Below are positions 20,379 through 38,889 of a stretch of DNA of 64,000 nucleotides, piece after piece (the first letter of the stretch is position 1; the number at the start of each line of letters is the position of its first letter). The stretch is from Chrysomallon squamiferum. Lineage: Eukaryota; Animalia; Mollusca. The notes beneath the pieces were generated by a model. The model was not told the DNA's origin, did not search any database, and saw only the letters and a list, made by a program, of their open reading frames with translations. The translations under genes and the position numbers were made by a program. The stretch is taken from positions 13,330,001 through 13,394,000 of the forward strand of contig CM022674.1 in NCBI GenBank assembly GCA_012295275.1. The letters run 5' to 3'.

Positions 20379-22028
20379 GACAGGAAAGATATCACATAAC
20401 CTTTAATACACTTGTTTTGAGACACTTGTTGGAATGGAATAATAACCCGGTTTGCTAACAGCATTCCCATGATGCCTCAAACTCGCGCTCTACGTCTGAG
20501 TTTTACCTCGCTCCGACTGTTCACGGAAATGACAAAAACTGACATGACATGTCTAGATCGATTTCTCTGCCAGACAGGGTCTGAGAAAAGCAGACGTCTA
20601 GACTCGTCGTTTTGTTTCAGACTGTCGTTCGTTCGTTCTCCCAGACGACACACTCAGCGAACAAGTTAACTTTCACACTGTCTGACTGGATGCAACTAAT
20701 TAGATTAAAACTTTGATTTCAGTTCTAAAAAACGAAGGTGTGAACATTAGTTTTGTAATTAAAAGTTTTACTAATGCTAAAAGATTGTTTTTTGTTGTTT
20801 ACAGAATATCCGTCCATTCGTCTGCCTTTCTATGTATTTTTCTATCTACGCGCCTGTTTATTTTTGTCAAATGTAAATGTGTTTGTTTAGAAGAAGAAGC
20901 AGTCTGCTTATTTAGAACAAATGAATTAATACAAATAAATAAATAAAGAAATAAACAAATAAACAAATAAATAAAAATAAATAAAAGAAAGAAAGAAAGA
21001 AAGAAAGAAAGAAAAACAACTTATTTCTTGGTTACGTAAAATTTGTTAAACCCTCATTGCAGAACATTACGTATAAAGTCAGGTATTCATTTTAAAATAA
21101 TTGTTCCTATTTTAGGCTACATTTGCATAAAACCAGCTGCAAGAGCGAGAAAAAGGGAGAATATTTTAAAACAGCATAAAGAAAGCAAAACAGTAATTAA
21201 TAAAGGAGTTGACACTAATTGTGCATTTGATTAACACAAATAATAATTACTGTTACGAAAATAATGTGCGCGCATCTGTCCTACTTCCGTTCAGCAGACA
21301 ATGCCATTACGTCACAGCCAACTCATCGCCTCGTTCCAAGGACCATAATCAAGTGCGCAGTGAGCTCTTCACACGAGAGTTAATTAGGTAGTATTTGTGA
21401 CGTCGAGGTTTGACACGTTGCACAAGGCTAATGAACCTGGAGCCGTAGCAGATATAGAGGGAACGTGTCTGTTTAAATTGACCGAAACATGCTGCACTTT
21501 TAACGACAGATTTTTATCTCCGAAACAGATAAAAGTATTTAAGTATGTACTGAGCATGTAATAATATAACTTTAAAATAAAAATAATAAAAATAACCAAA
21601 GGTTATTTAGAATAATTTTAATGCGTTATTTTTGTTTCAAATAAAAAATATAATCGCACATACACACACAATAAATTAACTAATACATTAAAAAGCAAAA
21701 GATAAAAATATGTATGCAGCATTTTTACGTACAAATGAACTGAAAGTGAATTACATTGATTTATTTAAACAAAATAACAAAAAACAAAAAAAAGGGGGGG
21801 AAAAAAGGATATAGAAGAGAAAAATGTGCTGAAACATCGCAATTAACATATCAATAATATGATGATGGTGACGACGATGACGATAATAATATTACTACTA
21901 CTACATCGCCTGTAACAACAACATAATATGATAATGATGACGATGATAATAATAATATTACTACTACTACATAGCCTGTAACAACAATAACATCTTGATG
22001 ATAATGACGATGATAATAATTACCACTA

Positions 22029-22087
<59 letters not shown>

Positions 22088-22659
22088 AAGAAGAAGGATG
22101 AGAATTTACAAAAATGAATAAATAATAATAATAAACAATTTAAAGAAAAAGAAAGAAAAAAAAAAGAAGAAATATATAAATATTATAAAACAATATCACA
22201 GTTCAGATTATTATTAATCTTTAACCCTTGTCTTTCACGTGTCACAAGATTAAAAATAAAAACACAACCCTACAACGGTACATGTTGAAATGTTACGAAA
22301 TTACTGTCACCAACAACATTTATCATAAAGTCCCATATGTGTGGACGTAGTCGCTGGTGACGAACGAATGTGCTGGAATTTGATTTGGGAGCGCAAACCT
22401 CCGCGGCACAAAAGGGCCAAGACGGCGTGACACCCTCATCAAAAGACGACCGTGACGACGACGTGAATGGGCAAGCAGGGACGGACGCGTTCAGCGCTAG
22501 TTAAACGTTCTGCTCGGCTCTGTGTCTCGCGGTGTCATCGGAGATAACACCAACCCGGGGTCATTAAGAAAAAACCCCAGACGTCGTTTCGCGTAAGTGC
22601 ATCTGCTTTCTTGCGGAAGGCGACGCGAGCAGTCGCGTGCCATTACAGCTTCCCTGCTC

Positions 22660-22752
22660 GCTGATTGGCTGCGACTGGCGGATTGTCGGAGGGCTATTCA
22701 AGTGTCACCGGCATACCGACGCATGCGAGCGCGTGGGTTTCCAGTATAAATA
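22660..22752 (+). promoter_or_regulatory. HES core promoter (inverted CCAAT + TATA box in CpG-rich island)
   Basis: ATTGG at 22664-22668, TATAAATA at 22745-22752, ~90 bp upstream of ATG 22843. Confidence 0.7.
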
Positions 22753-22842
22753 CCGCTGGCTGGCGATGGCCACCTTCAGATCAGATCTGAGTTTGTTGTC
22801 GGAACGTAGAACACGGAAGTTACCAGATACTCACAGTTTAAT

Positions 22843-23289
22843 ATGGATTCCTGCGATTCGCAATACGATGCCGAATGCGGAAATAATGTTCTCAGAAAGG
22901 TGGGGATTTTTTTTTAAAAGAGCTTTCTCTGTTTACGTAGTCCTTCGTGGTTTTATAAATCTACGTTATCACATCGTTTATGTAGCAATGTGGTGACAGT
23001 AATATACTAATACTATTATACTACAGTTAGTAACTGTCTTAATATTTTAACATTAGTGTATTGCTATGAGAGTAAACAGCAAAAGGAAAAGTTGTAGAAA
23101 GTAATAAGTAATACTGATATAATGGTACAGTAATTTTAGATTGTAGAAATAAAACAGAGGTATATTCATAGTTATAATAATAAATATAAACAGAATAAGA
23201 TTATAAATCAGATTACTGTTAGAATAATAGTTCTTACGTTGTATGTAGGAATAATATTGTTGCGGAATATTTTTATTTCGTAATAGCTT

Positions 23290-23340
<51 letters not shown>

Positions 23341-23997
23341 TTATATTACCTTTTATAATAACTAAACATATTAATGTAATATTTTTATTTTCAATACTAA
23401 TACTAGAGTTTTAACAGTTTTTACGACGAATAATTTAATAGCAGTAACATAATACTGCTACTACTACTATACTATCCCACACATTGTAGTAGTAGTAACA
23501 AGCATAGTAGCAACAGTAGCTGTAACCATAGTTGATGTCATCGTCATCGCAGTAGTAATAGTAATAGTAGTAATATCATTTAAATAAAAATCAATTAATT
23601 TTGTGAAAATATAATGAATACAAATTATAATGTAATGTTTTGTTATTTTCAGGGGAGAAAACTTTTGGCAGAAAAGAAACGAAGAGCCCGGATTAACTCC
23701 TGCCTTGGGCAGATCAAAAGCATCATCTGCGGAGGTCATAAACAAAATGTACGTTCATTTATTCATTTATTCATTCATTCATTTATTCATTCATTCATTT
23801 ATTTATTCATTCATTTATTTATTTATTTATTTATTTATTTATTTTGTTTAATAATTTATTTGTTTATTTATTTATTTATTTATTGAATTTTATTTGTTCA
23901 TTAAATTGTTTCTCTTTTTCCTTTTTTCAATTTTTCTTAACTTTGGATTATAAATAAACTGTATCTTTAATATTACTGACTATTCATGTTACTGAAT

Positions 23998-24029
<32 letters not shown>

Positions 24030-24854
24030 TAAGTTATCAGTAATTAATTATTTTCATTCAGATCAGGTTTTAATTACGAACTCTTGTGTTGCTTAATATT
24101 TCATAATTAACCAATCTTTTTAATAAACATTTAAATAATTCTATAATTATAACTTCAATAAACGAAAGTAACACTATTTTACATTATGTTTTAATAACGT
24201 TTGTTAATTTTATTATTTCAGGATCCAAATTACAGTAAAATGGAGAAGGCAGAAATTCTTGAGTCCACCGTCAAGTACTTACGGACGGTAAGACGCGACA
24301 GACATCTTGGGGGGTCCAGTATCACCAAGGAGATGATGGTGGCGAAATACAAATCTGGATTTTCGAAATGTGCCGAAGAAATCGCCAACTATCTTCAAGG
24401 TCATCCGGGAATTCCCGAGCACCTTCAGCGTCAGATCAGACGACACTTGAGCAAAAGCGTGCAAGTAGCAGAGCAGACGATTTCCGTTCAAGCAGAAACG
24501 TACAGCGCTAGACTTGCAGAAAGTCAGATTCCCACTTCCGTTGTAATCGGAAGTACACCCGCGCGCGCCTTCTTGGATAATTCGTTGGGAAGTTCGCCTG
24601 TTCGAGACGGCAACAGTTTTTCCGATTCCGACAACAAAGGACAATCGAAGTTTGGTTACTTGTCGATGAATTCCGGTGACGTCACGCCTGTGTCTTCTCC
24701 CAGTTTTGGGACGGTGAATAACGACAGTGATGAACGCATTAGATCGTGGTTACGTAATACTTACGTCAGCCAGGGACTGAGCAAGTACGAGTCACGTGAA
24801 CAGTTCTCTTCTTCTCCCATCGTCAAAGGCGATGATGTTTGGAGACCATGGTAA
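22843..24854 (+). CDS. HES: Hairy/Enhancer-of-split family bHLH-Orange transcriptional repressor with C-terminal WRPW (261 aa)
   Basis: Exons 22843-22899 (MDSCDSQYDAECGNNVLRK), 23653-23748 (GRKLLAEKKRRARINSCLGQIKSII...), 24222-24854 (SKMEKAEILESTVKYLR; Orange domain YKSGFSKCAEEIANYL...IRRHL; ends DVWRPW*). Introns lie at the typical HES positions (after RK and in the loop). Confidence 0.96.
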
Positions 24855-24919
24855 CACGGTACTATGACGTCATAATTACGTAACTGAAACTTTTGTGGCC
24901 CAAATGCATCGAAGCTTAA

Positions 24920-24927
24920 CTGTGATA
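24920..24927 (+). promoter_or_regulatory. K box (CTGTGATA, miR-2-family 8-mer site) in HES 3'UTR
   Basis: Exact cTGTGATa 66 nt after the stop, upstream of AATAAA at 25019-25024. Confidence 0.55.
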
Positions 24928-25979
24928 TCAATATTTATATTTTGCAAAATGTATATAAAATGTACTTTAATCTGTTTACTTTTCTTTTTGTTATTTACTC
25001 TTGTTTGCTTACGTAAAGAATAAATCAATAACACGTATAAGAGTGATAGAAAAGAAATATGTCCACAGAATGTTTCTTCGAAAAATCAGTAATCAATAAT
25101 AATAAAAAGGAATATTAATAAGATAAATGACAAACTAAAAAACCAATTCAAAATATAAATACAAAAAAAAAAAATAATAATAATAAAAAATAAAATATCT
25201 AAAAAATAAACAGTACAAAAAAAAAATACATATAAGTTCATTAATATATAATTAAAATATTAAAATGAAAAAGTCAAAACACGACTACAAGAAAGAAAAA
25301 AATATAAATATTTCTTAAAAATAAAAGCATTATTTCTAACGTCTGATATCAATAAACATCTGATTTATTCATATATATATTATTTCAAGGGAACAGACTC
25401 TTTCAGTGATCGTGTCCAAAACATTTAGGAGTTATCTTTTCTTCAACAAATAGCCAAAATCATACAAAAGTGGTCATTCTACTTTTTTTTTTTTTTTTTT
25501 TTTTAAAAAAAAAATTGGTGTTTTTGTTGTTGTTTGTTTGTTTGTTTCCTGTATAATCAATTTAAATAAACAGTCTTCTGACAGAACAACGAACGAACAG
25601 AAAATACGATAACAATAGTGAAAACCAGACTAAATAGATATAAATAATGTACAAAATATATATACATGATAACAACAAAAACATAATGTATTAACTGTGT
25701 TATTTGGTAACAGATTTAAACCTACATTATAATATGAACTAAGAACATTTATGTTTTCGTTAGTGTCCTTATTTATATGTCTGTAACAGTATCTCTAACG
25801 CACACATGCACACACGCATACACGCACTCACAGATCTCCTGACAAATGCGGTGAATTGTTTTAACTTGTATGAAAATGATACCAAATATTTGTGTTAATG
25901 CTTGGATCCTAAAACGGACTACAAAAAATAAAATAAAATAAAATAAAATAAAACAAAACATAAAGAGAATATCTGACAT

Positions 25980-27334
25980 TTAAGGCAGATCTAACAAATC
26001 ATTCTTTTAAACAAATCCTGGGTGATGGCGTAAATGGGCTTCCCAGCGTCTACGACGTCATCAAGCATCGCAACAACGCTGGCATAGTCCTGCTTACACA
26101 TGACGTCGATGAACGTCTTCTTCGAAGGCAGCATGTATATAGCAACCAATGAAATCTTCTGTACTATCCAGGGGTGGTGTTTGGCCAGCGTCTCTCTGTA
26201 AACCTCGGATCCAATGGTCGAGGTTTTTTCAAGCTCGTCGCTTTTCGTGAGGCGAGCCATGAAGGCCAGCGTGAACTCCAGAGCTCTGTGAAGTCTGAGC
26301 AACGTCCTTGACCCCGAGGCGAAAGGTCGCTTGATACGGGTAGTTTTGGATTCGACCTCGTATTTTACCATGGACTGGATGGTTTTGTACTGGTCGCCCG
26401 ACGCTGAGTTGCTATGGGTGGTGATGATGCGGATTTTGTCTTCGATGTCCCTGGCAACAAAGGCAAAGAGACGGCCCATCAGTTTGAAAAACCTGAAAAT
26501 GATTTGATGAAAGTCAAAAGAAAAAAGGAAACATTTATTTTTTTATTGACGAAAACTAAATAGATACCAAACAGAAATAAACAGTTATGTAGAGAGACTG
26601 ATACATAAATGACAGATAAACTGATTTGTAGCTAAAAAGATACATACATTACGTAGATAAGTAGGAGACAGATAGATAGATAGCTGGATGGTTAGATGGA
26701 TGTATGGATATAGACAGACAGGCTGATAAACAGAGACAGAGAGAGATCAACAGAAAATAAGACCAAAAAGGGAAAGAGGCAAAAAGAGATTTAGAAAGAC
26801 TGACAGAGATAGTGACAGAAAAAAACCGATAGAAAAATAAATAAACAGAATTAAAGAGAGATATTAAACAAAAGAAATAAAGAAATGATACACTCTGATC
26901 TTCATTATGCCATCATGACCATACTTCCCGACAACAAACTACTAATATAGAGAAACAAAATAAACACATATAAGTCTTCATAGTAACAACACAACCAGTA
27001 TTGCCCACGAAATTAAATGCGTGTTTTTATAACAGTTATAAACTAGAGAACTTTGGCCAGTGACTTCTGACACAAAAGAAATAGTAAAACGTGTATGCTG
27101 TTTACCCTGTCAAACAAAAGTTATAGAAATAACAATACTTTGATACACGAACGTCCAAACACGGCAGAACCTAGAGCTGCCATTGTTACAGGGGTCATTC
27201 AGCCCGATTCTTTCTCAACAGCAGAAAGAGCAATGTCGTAAATAACAACTCCTTTGTTAACCGCGCTTAACTGTTTATTCAAAAAAAAATAACATGTTCT
27301 GAATTAATTAGTGATACTGTTTACAAATACAAAC

Positions 27335-27423
<89 letters not shown>

Positions 27424-28007
27424 CCTTCTCTCTGTCTTTTTCTTGCTTTCTCTTTTGTTTGGCTCTCTCTCTCATTTTCTTTGTTTTTCTCTTTCTTTCT
27501 CTCTGCCACTTTCTCTGTCTTGGTTTGTCTCTCTGTTTCTGTCTTTCTCTCTCACTGTCCCTCTCTTGCTCTCTCTCATTTGCTTCCTAGCTCTTTTTTT
27601 ACTGTCTTTCGCTCTCACTATTATTTTTCTTATTCTCTTTCAAGCGATAAGTCTTATTTTTCTTTTACTCTCTTTTTCTCTCATTCTTTTTTTCTCACTT
27701 CTATCTTTTTTCTTTCTTTTTTATTCTCATTCTTTCTGACTTTTTGTACAGAAAACACAACTTTAAACAAACTAAAATACACAATAAACTTTCACCTCTA
27801 AGAGAGCCGCATACAGAAATCCTGTCAGCATTATAAAAGGAAAATACGTCAGTAGAAATATTGGTACATTTACCTGCAAAGTTCTGTGTACGCTCGAAGG
27901 TATTCCGACGTCAGCAACGTGCCGTCATCTTGGTGACAACGTCGAAAGGCATCGAGGACGACTTCCAAATCAAAATCGTGTTTCTCTTTTGTGCTGAAGT
28001 CTGCCAT
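25980..28007 (-). CDS. CPTP: Ceramide-1-phosphate transfer protein (GLTP fold), ~215 aa, with apparent 1-nt frameshift near the C-terminus
   Basis: Exon 28007-27874 (MADFSTKEKHDFDLEVVLDAF...YLRAYTELCR) and exon 26492-25980 (FFKLMGRLFAFVARDIEDKIRI...SGSRTLLRLHRALEF...LAKHHPWIVQK). Adding one A in the 26005-26008 run restores the family C-terminus KNDLLDLP*. Confidence 0.92.
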
Positions 28008-30029
28008 GTCAGATATTTGTATATTGTCACTAGAAGCAAACTGTTCAGATTAGAATTATCTCCCCTTATCTATTTTTTTATTTTGTTTTGTTTGTGGATT
28101 AAAATAGGTTTTTGTCCGTAAATGTGATGCAGTTGCATTTGTAAAAGTTCATGTGGTTACACGTACGTACGTACGTACACACACACACACCACACGCATT
28201 TATATATAGAGTATATGTTTTACAGTTAGTACGTGTGTATTTTGTTTCGCTGTTACTCAGTCGAATTTTATTTCTTTCACATTTTTAACATACTTTACAT
28301 ACATACATATATACATTTATAAATGCACATATACGCGCATACAGCATACATACATACATTTACACACACACATACCTAAAAAAGAGACCTACACCTATGC
28401 ATATAGATAAATATATATATATATATAGGAACATATAGCCTAGTGAAAAAAAAAAAAGGTAAAAATAATTAAACCCCGCTATACTTTAGCAAGAGTCCGC
28501 TATGTAACATTAATTACGAATAACGATACTTAAGTGTAACGGTACATACTACTCATTGTAAAAACACCTACTATTGGTCACTCGGAATTCGTTCAAACAA
28601 ATCAGTTAAAACAGGTGTCGTTAATGGATCGTAAGCCGAGCCTTGCGCAAACAAGCGGTGACAGAACTCGTGGTATTTGTATAGGTAGCTGTACACCTGT
28701 ACTTGTGTACGGACGCCAAACAATGGCTTGACTTTCTCACCTATTTTCAATACTGAAATATTTTCAGCGCCCGGGGTTATGATTTTTGCTTTAATTCGGA
28801 GACATACCTTTCTGATTAATGCCGATGAATTACTGCCACATCTCGAGTATGTGGTGACATGAATATTGTTTTTAATGTAGCTTACTTAATAAGGGATTTG
28901 AAATGTACATTTAATATGTCATAATTTGAGGTTTCTTTAAGGGACAGCGCGATAATTATTGGGAAGGGCGTTAAGTCTTGGGTTATGAAGGAAAAAAATA
29001 TTTTATTTAATATATTATACTCGTCTGATTTGTAATGACCTGTTTTATGACGTCATAAATGTGATTAAGGATTGGAAATTGTAATCATCTTCACTATTTT
29101 TGTCATTTCTATTTATTATTATTATTATGATCATGCGAGGGTTCTCAGCACGACATATCAGCACTCTTTATTATCAAGAGTACTGTCTGGAACTGGATAT
29201 ATCCGATTTATGTAGATTATATATGTGGACTCATACATATAAAAAGAGAGATTTATATTAGTTTAGAAATCCAAATACATTAATAGCATAACACGACATC
29301 ACTACTGCAACTACTGTTATTTCTACTACCACTACAGTTACTCTTTTTATCACTGCAACAACAACTAGTATTGCTACAGCAACAACAACAACGACAATAA
29401 TAACAAAAATAGTAATAGTAATAATAGTGATGATAATGGTTACTACAGCAACAATGATGAAGATGATGATGACGACGACGACGATGATGATGATGATAAT
29501 TACAACAGCGACAAAGATGATAACGACGACGACGATGGTGATGATAATAATTACAACAGCAACAATGATGTAGATGATGATAACAACGACGATGATGATG
29601 ATGTTAATAATTACAACAGCAACAATGATGAAGATGATGATGACGACGATGACGACGATGATGATAATAATAATAATAATAATAAAGAAAAAAAGTATAA
29701 GGAATCTGGTTTCCCGAAGAAAAATATATCGGCTCCTTATGAAAGCAGATCAGCTCGTCAAGGTGTTAAGTAATATTCAAATCTCACAAACACACACCAA
29801 CCCAGGGAGAATTCATTGTCCAAAAAACAACAACGTGCGCCATCATTGCAAATAACTGGAGGTGGAGTCAAGCCTCTGCTGATCCGCGGATAATGATAAC
29901 TTTAATAACAATAATAATAAATCTGACGACACTGTCACTTTCTGGTCAAAACTGAACTATTAGCAAATACACTGGTATTCAGCGCTTGTGTGTACGTGAC
30001 AGAAAAGTGATGACAGAGTTAGCTTCGAG

Positions 30030-34195
<4,166 letters not shown>

Positions 34196-34608
34196 AAAAA
34201 AACCGAAAAAAGAAAAAAGTTACGAAGCCAAAGTCACTGGTGGTGCAAGGAAAAACAAAACAAATCTAGTGGACATTACGCAGGACTCCATTGACAGATG
34301 AAAAAAACAACCAAAATATCGACTTTTATATTCTCATTTCACAACATGAAAATTTCAAAAGACAGACGTTTATTAACATCATTCTAAAATAAAATCAAAG
34401 TATTCAGGAGGAAAAAAAGAAACAACCAGAAAGACAATAATAATTTCTAAATTTATTAATAACAACACAGAGAAGGAAGACAAACGGAAGGTCAATTGAA
34501 AGAAAAAGAATCACGAAGAAAGAAAGAAAGAAAGATAGAAAGAAAAAAAGAAAACGAAGAGGTTTTAAATAAAAGAAATTTAAAGTTTTGCGGTTTTTCT
34601 TTTGACGT

Positions 34609-36267
34609 CTAAAAAGCGTCGTCGGCAACAAAACCAGCGTTGTCGAAGGCTTTGTTGTACTCCATCTTCTTGTTTACTTTTGGACTCCCGATGATGTAGT
34701 CTGTGTCGTCAGACATACCACACCAACCCCGTCTCCTTCTGTTCACAAACAAGCAAACTGTGTACGTGTGTGTGTCTGTGTCTGTATGTGTGTCTGTACA
34801 TGTATATGCGTTTTTTAATCTGTATGTATGTGTGTTTGTATATATGTATGTTTATTGTGTATATGTATGTCTATATAATATATACACACACACATACATA
34901 CACATACATATATACATATGTGTGTGTGCGTGTGAATATATACATATATATTTATGCATGTACGTATATATACATGTCATGTATTTATGTATGTGTGCGT
35001 GTGTGTATATATAAATATAGATCTGTATAATATATATGTGTGTGTCTGTATGTACACACATATATATGTGTGTATGTATGTATATATGTATGTGAGTTTG
35101 TGAGAATCTGTCTGTCTGTTTGTCTGACTGCATTATGTACATACATCTATACACAATGAATACACACCGGTTGTATGCAATGTATGCGATGCCACTGAAA
35201 GCTGTGATAAGGGCCATCGCAGAAAATAAGGCTATCAACTGGAATTGAGGCTCTGGTCAGAAATAGATCAATGAAAAGGAAACGTGTTAGTTATTGGCCT
35301 CAACAACAACAACAGAAGCAGCATCAAACACAAAAAACAAAAACGAAATAAAGAAAAAAAAAAATAAAGAAAAATAAATGATATAGAACAGAAAACTAAA
35401 AGTAGAGTAATTAAGAGATTATTAATTAGACAAAGACAGAGACATTTTTAACCAAAAAGAAGGTTGAAATAGTTTAAATACAGTAGATAAATACAGATGG
35501 AAAGAGAAAACACATGGATAGTAAAACAGACCCCTGCAGATTTGCAAACTAAAAACCAAAGAAACGTACCATCTTCAGCAGGTGCATAGGCCAAAGCTTT
35601 AATGTGTTCTGAAAACAACAACAACGAAAATAACAGCAACCGAAACAACAACGACGACAACAAAATCAACAACAACAGTGATGATGATGATGATGGTGGT
35701 GATATAGTACCATTACAACGAGAACCACTACTTCTACAACCACTGCAACTACCACTACAACTACGTATAATACTCTTACTAATTCAACTACCCATATTAC
35801 TACACTATTAATATTACTACTGCTACTGTTATTACTGCTTTTGCTTTTTCTACTGTTATTCGTACTATTATTACTGCTACTACTATGCTACAACTACTCA
35901 TGCTACCATTACTATCAAAACTACACATATTACTATTACCACTACTACTTCTGATATTATTATTACTACTGCTCTTGCTGCTATTCTGCTACTGCAGTAA
36001 GTATAATTCTAATAACAATAATAATAATAATAATAATAATAATAATCATAATAATCATAATAATCAAAAAGAAGATTAATGATGACCATGATGATGATGA
36101 TGGCAACTGTATTATTTTACATTTTTACATTTCATTTCTCTTTTCTCATCAGAAATTTCGAATCGTCTTATGTTCTCGATTATCAATTGAATTCATGTTA
36201 ACAACAACAACAACAACAATTACTACTACTACTACTACTACTACTACTGCTGCTGCTGCTACTACTA

Positions 36268-36362
<95 letters not shown>

Positions 36363-37398
36363 GCTACTACTGCTGCTGCTACTACTGCTGCTACTACTAC
36401 TGCTGCTGATGCTGCTACTACTACTACTACTACTACTGCTACTACTACTACAATAATAATGTCAGCAATACCAGTAATGCAATCGTCCCCTGTGCATTTC
36501 TCTGTGGTGACGATCGAACCTTTTGGACACTTTCTCTCTTCAGAACCAAGACATTTTCGTTTTAGCACGAGCGTGCGCGTGCACGAGGAATTGCATCGGC
36601 TCCCAGACTCCTTCACCCAACTCACTGAAGTGGAGATCAAAGTAGAGTCAGTACACAGGGTGACACCAAATATTTATATAGAGGCATCTTGTTAAATATT
36701 ATAGTCAGTACACAGGGTGACCACAAATATTTATATAGAGGCATCTTGTTAAATATTATGGTCAGTACACAGGGTGATCACAAGTATTTATATAGAGGCA
36801 TCTTATTAAATATTATAGTCAGTACACAGGATGACCATAAATATTCATATTGAGGCATCTTACTAAATATTTATAACTTTGTAGCTGTACGGTGTTTGTA
36901 TGCTAGTATGTAAACAGGGTAAGATAGAGTTTTTTTCAGTACAGTAAACACACAAGGTGTTAATAAAGTCTTATTAAATATTTATGACTTTGTAAACACT
37001 ATAACAAATTAATGTGTAAAAAGGTTAAGATAAAGAATTTTGCCCATTTCTAAGCAAAGAAATTCCAAAGTTATAAATATCTAAAATATCACACGGAACT
37101 TATATATTTAGATATAGTTATACATACATACGCATACATACATATATAGATACATACATACATACATAGATACACACATACATACACACATACATACATA
37201 CATAGATACACACATACATACGCAATATATACATACATACATACATATACAGATACGTAATATACATTCATATATTCATACATACATACATACATACATA
37301 TATACATACGTAATATACATTCATATATTCATACATACATACATACATACAGTCTTATTCAAATTAATATCGTTTATAATATTCATAATATATTATTA

Positions 37399-37457
<59 letters not shown>

Positions 37458-37983
37458 TATTATAAATATTATACATTTTTTTAAATTTATTTTTATTTTT
37501 ATATTTATTTTCATCTTACCTTCCCCTTCAGTATCACAGCCCGTGGTTCCGTTACAAATCTGAATCTGTATTTTTGTGGACGCTCCCCAGCAGTTCCTGC
37601 CGCCGTAGCGCGGTTTGGGGTCGTCGCAGCGACGAAACCACGTCGTGTTGAAGTAGCCGATCCCACACGTGTTGTTGCAGCTGCCCACTTTCTGCAGCTT
37701 CCACTCGTTCCAGCCTCCATCTGAAACAGTCAGTGGTTAGTCGGTAGTTTCACGTACAGACACACACACGCACGCACGCACACACACACACACACATACG
37801 GAGAGACACACACAGACACACACACACACACAGAGAGAGACAGACACAGACACACACACACACACACGCACTGGAACGAACAAGAACCACTGAAGATAGG
37901 GTTGTTCATTAGATAAAACACAGATTCACACGCATATGCAAAACCTGTTTTGAATTACTGGAATGACCACTGCCTTGTGTTTC

Positions 37984-38062
<79 letters not shown>

Positions 38063-38097
38063 ATCTCTGGGTCTCTGTCTCTCTGTCTCTCTCTGTG

Positions 38098-38129
<32 letters not shown>

Positions 38130-38187
38130 TCTGTCTCCATCTGTATCTCTGTTTCTCTCTCTGAGTCTCTGTGTGTCTCTCTCTGTG

Positions 38188-38283
<96 letters not shown>

Positions 38284-38542
38284 AACTGATGATGTGATTA
38301 CCAATGGGACAAGTGATATTGCAGGTTTCCGAGGATATTTTTTGGTTGCTGCCCTCACAGATGGAGCCATTTTCGCTACTGCATTTTCGTACACGATAAA
38401 CTGTTTGTATTCCAGTCCCACACATAGCACTGCAATTACCATATCTCTCAACTGTCCAAGAACTCCACTCCGCATGTACTGTGACCAGAGAAAGCGTTTA
38501 TAAAACTTAGACATATACAGATATATAAAGATACATACATAC

Positions 38543-38632
<90 letters not shown>

Positions 38633-38889
38633 ATGCTACGTTAATAATAAATAATTAATTACACAGTAAATACGAATAAATTAATTATTAAAGATTATGA
38701 ACGATTATTATCTGAAGTACAAATTAAAATGGCGAAATATGTTATCTAAATGTTAAACATTTGATTTTAGCAGATATTAAAAAGAGACAGAGAAAGTACA
38801 TCATGTTTTCATCTTTACCAACCAGAAAATAGGAGGAAGACGAAGGTGATAACGACTGTTATGAATGCCGACATAGCATCGATTCTCAT
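34609..38889 (-). CDS. Type-I membrane protein with three thrombospondin type-1 repeats (~283 aa)
   Basis: Exons 38889-38823 (signal peptide), 38478-38302 (WSSW...CSAMCGTG...RVRKC), 37720-37520 (DGGWNEW...CNNTCGIG...RRCDDPKPRYGGRNCWG), 36624-36472 (degenerate TSP1), 35608-35570, 35252-35168 (TM LIALFSAMALITAFSGIAYIAY), 34738-34609 (RRRRGWCG...AFDNAGFVADDAF*). 852 nt in frame. Confidence 0.85.
36646..36875. repeat. ~57-bp minisatellite, 4 units, intronic
   Basis: AGTCAGTACACAGGGTGACCACAAATATTTATATAGAGGCATCTTGTTAAATATTAT repeated, ending ~20 bp from the TSP1-gene exon-4 acceptor. Confidence 0.9.

Noticed and set aside
22600-22760. Su(H) paired site in the HES proximal promoter
   Set aside because: Only CGTGGGTT is present; no pair of GTGRGAA sites in the canonical head-to-head spacing.
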